From Hellea sp. (GTDB lineage Bacteria > Pseudomonadota > Alphaproteobacteria > Caulobacterales > Maricaulaceae), in assembly GCA_020628635.1 (NCBI GenBank), contig JAHDEU010000001.1:1-35677 (forward strand): a stretch of 35,677 nucleotides of DNA. The letters are read 5' to 3'. The first letter of the stretch is position 1, and every line of letters begins with the position of its first letter. The notes beneath the pieces were generated by a model. That model made no database searches. It worked only from the letters and a program-made list of their open reading frames with translations, and was not told the origin of the DNA. Shown piece after piece: positions 35,031 to 35,677 of the stretch. The position numbers were made by a program, and so were the translations under genes.

Positions 35031-35677
35031 AGCAGCGACAGCGCGACCGCCATCCAGACAGGCAGCAGCAGGCAAGCCAGGATGGTGGATTGCGACACGA
35101 TCAGCGCGGTCGGCTCGCGCTCCGCACCATAGGCAGCGCCCAGAATATGCGACGAGGTCGAAGTCGGCAGGGCGGCGAAGACGAGGAACGCAGCCGCCGT
35201 CACGGGCGGAATGGGCAGGCTGACCGCGGCCAGCCAGACCAGCGCGGGCAATAGCGCGAACTTCACCGCGTGCAGATAGAGCCCGACCCGGTCGGTGCGC
35301 AACAGGTTCGCCCAGATCACCGCCGCCCCGACCGCGATCAGCGACAGCGGAATGGCAGCTTCCGCGAGCAGGCCGAGAAAGCGCATCACCAACTCCACGA
35401 CAGCATTGTCCATCACGGCAGGCACGTCGCGCAAGCTCAGGCTGAACAACAGGCCGCCCGCGCTGGCGAGAAAGAACGGATTGAGCGCGACCGAGCGCAG
35501 GCATTTGCGCAGCCATCCGGGCTCGCGCTGGCCCGATGTCACGGCCAGAGCCCCCACGGCCAGCGCATTGGCCAGCGGCACGCTCGCTCCGATGAAGATG
35601 GCCATGACCTGCAAGGCTTCGGGCGAGATCAAGCTGGTCGCTGCCAGCCCCACGACCGAGTTGAACCGCCACGCCGT
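35027..35677 (-). CDS. AEC (auxin efflux carrier)-family transporter, 3' part
   Basis: RFNS..GLA, VPLAN, NPF, AIPLSLIAVGA, KFALLP, ALPTSTSSHILG; frame is open to the right edge. Confidence 0.85.
   Translation of the reverse strand, partial: TAWRFNSVVGLAATSLISPEALQVMAIFIGASVPLANALAVGALAVTSGQREPGWLRKCLRSVALNPFFLASAGGLLFSLSLRDVPAVMDNAVVELVMRFLGLLAEAAIPLSLIAVGAAVIWANLLRTDRVGLYLHAVKFALLPALVWLAAVSLPIPPVTAAAFLVFAALPTSTSSHILGAAYGAEREPTALIVSQSTILACLLLPVWMAVALSLL

Overview
High-GC (roughly two-thirds G+C) alphaproteobacterial DNA, judged from CtrA boxes, cpa-type Tad genes and a DUF2793 gene. Almost all of it encodes cell-surface functions. The left 21.8 kb is a composite adhesion island. It starts with the 5' part of a giant acidic LapA-like adhesin on the minus strand, which runs off the window and is missing from the ORF track. 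Next come a divergent LapG/BTLCP cysteine protease and a complete 13-gene Tad/Cpa pilus operon (minus strand) nested inside the Lap locus. Then follow a small membrane protein, a LapE/B/C-like type I secretion operon, and a ribbon-helix-helix + PAS-like regulator gene. Three promoter regions (adhesin/lapG, pilin, T1SS) share an unrecognised 16-bp box, YAYAYA-N4-TRTRTR, each 54-55 bp from a CtrA-type TTAAC half-site. This suggests one regulon. The right part encodes a SAM methyltransferase, a 57-aa orphan, two apparently paralogous large glycosyltransferases, and an orphan GTA/phage-type tail fibre (DUF2793 + 17-aa repeats + S74 chaperone) behind an RBS-occluding hairpin. It ends with a YIDPGSGS small protein, two Thr-nucleophile alkaline-phosphatase-superfamily membrane enzymes, a lipoprotein, and a partial AEC transporter. 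No rRNA, tRNA, CRISPR array, integrase or transposase was seen. All family calls come from motif recognition by eye, not from database searches.
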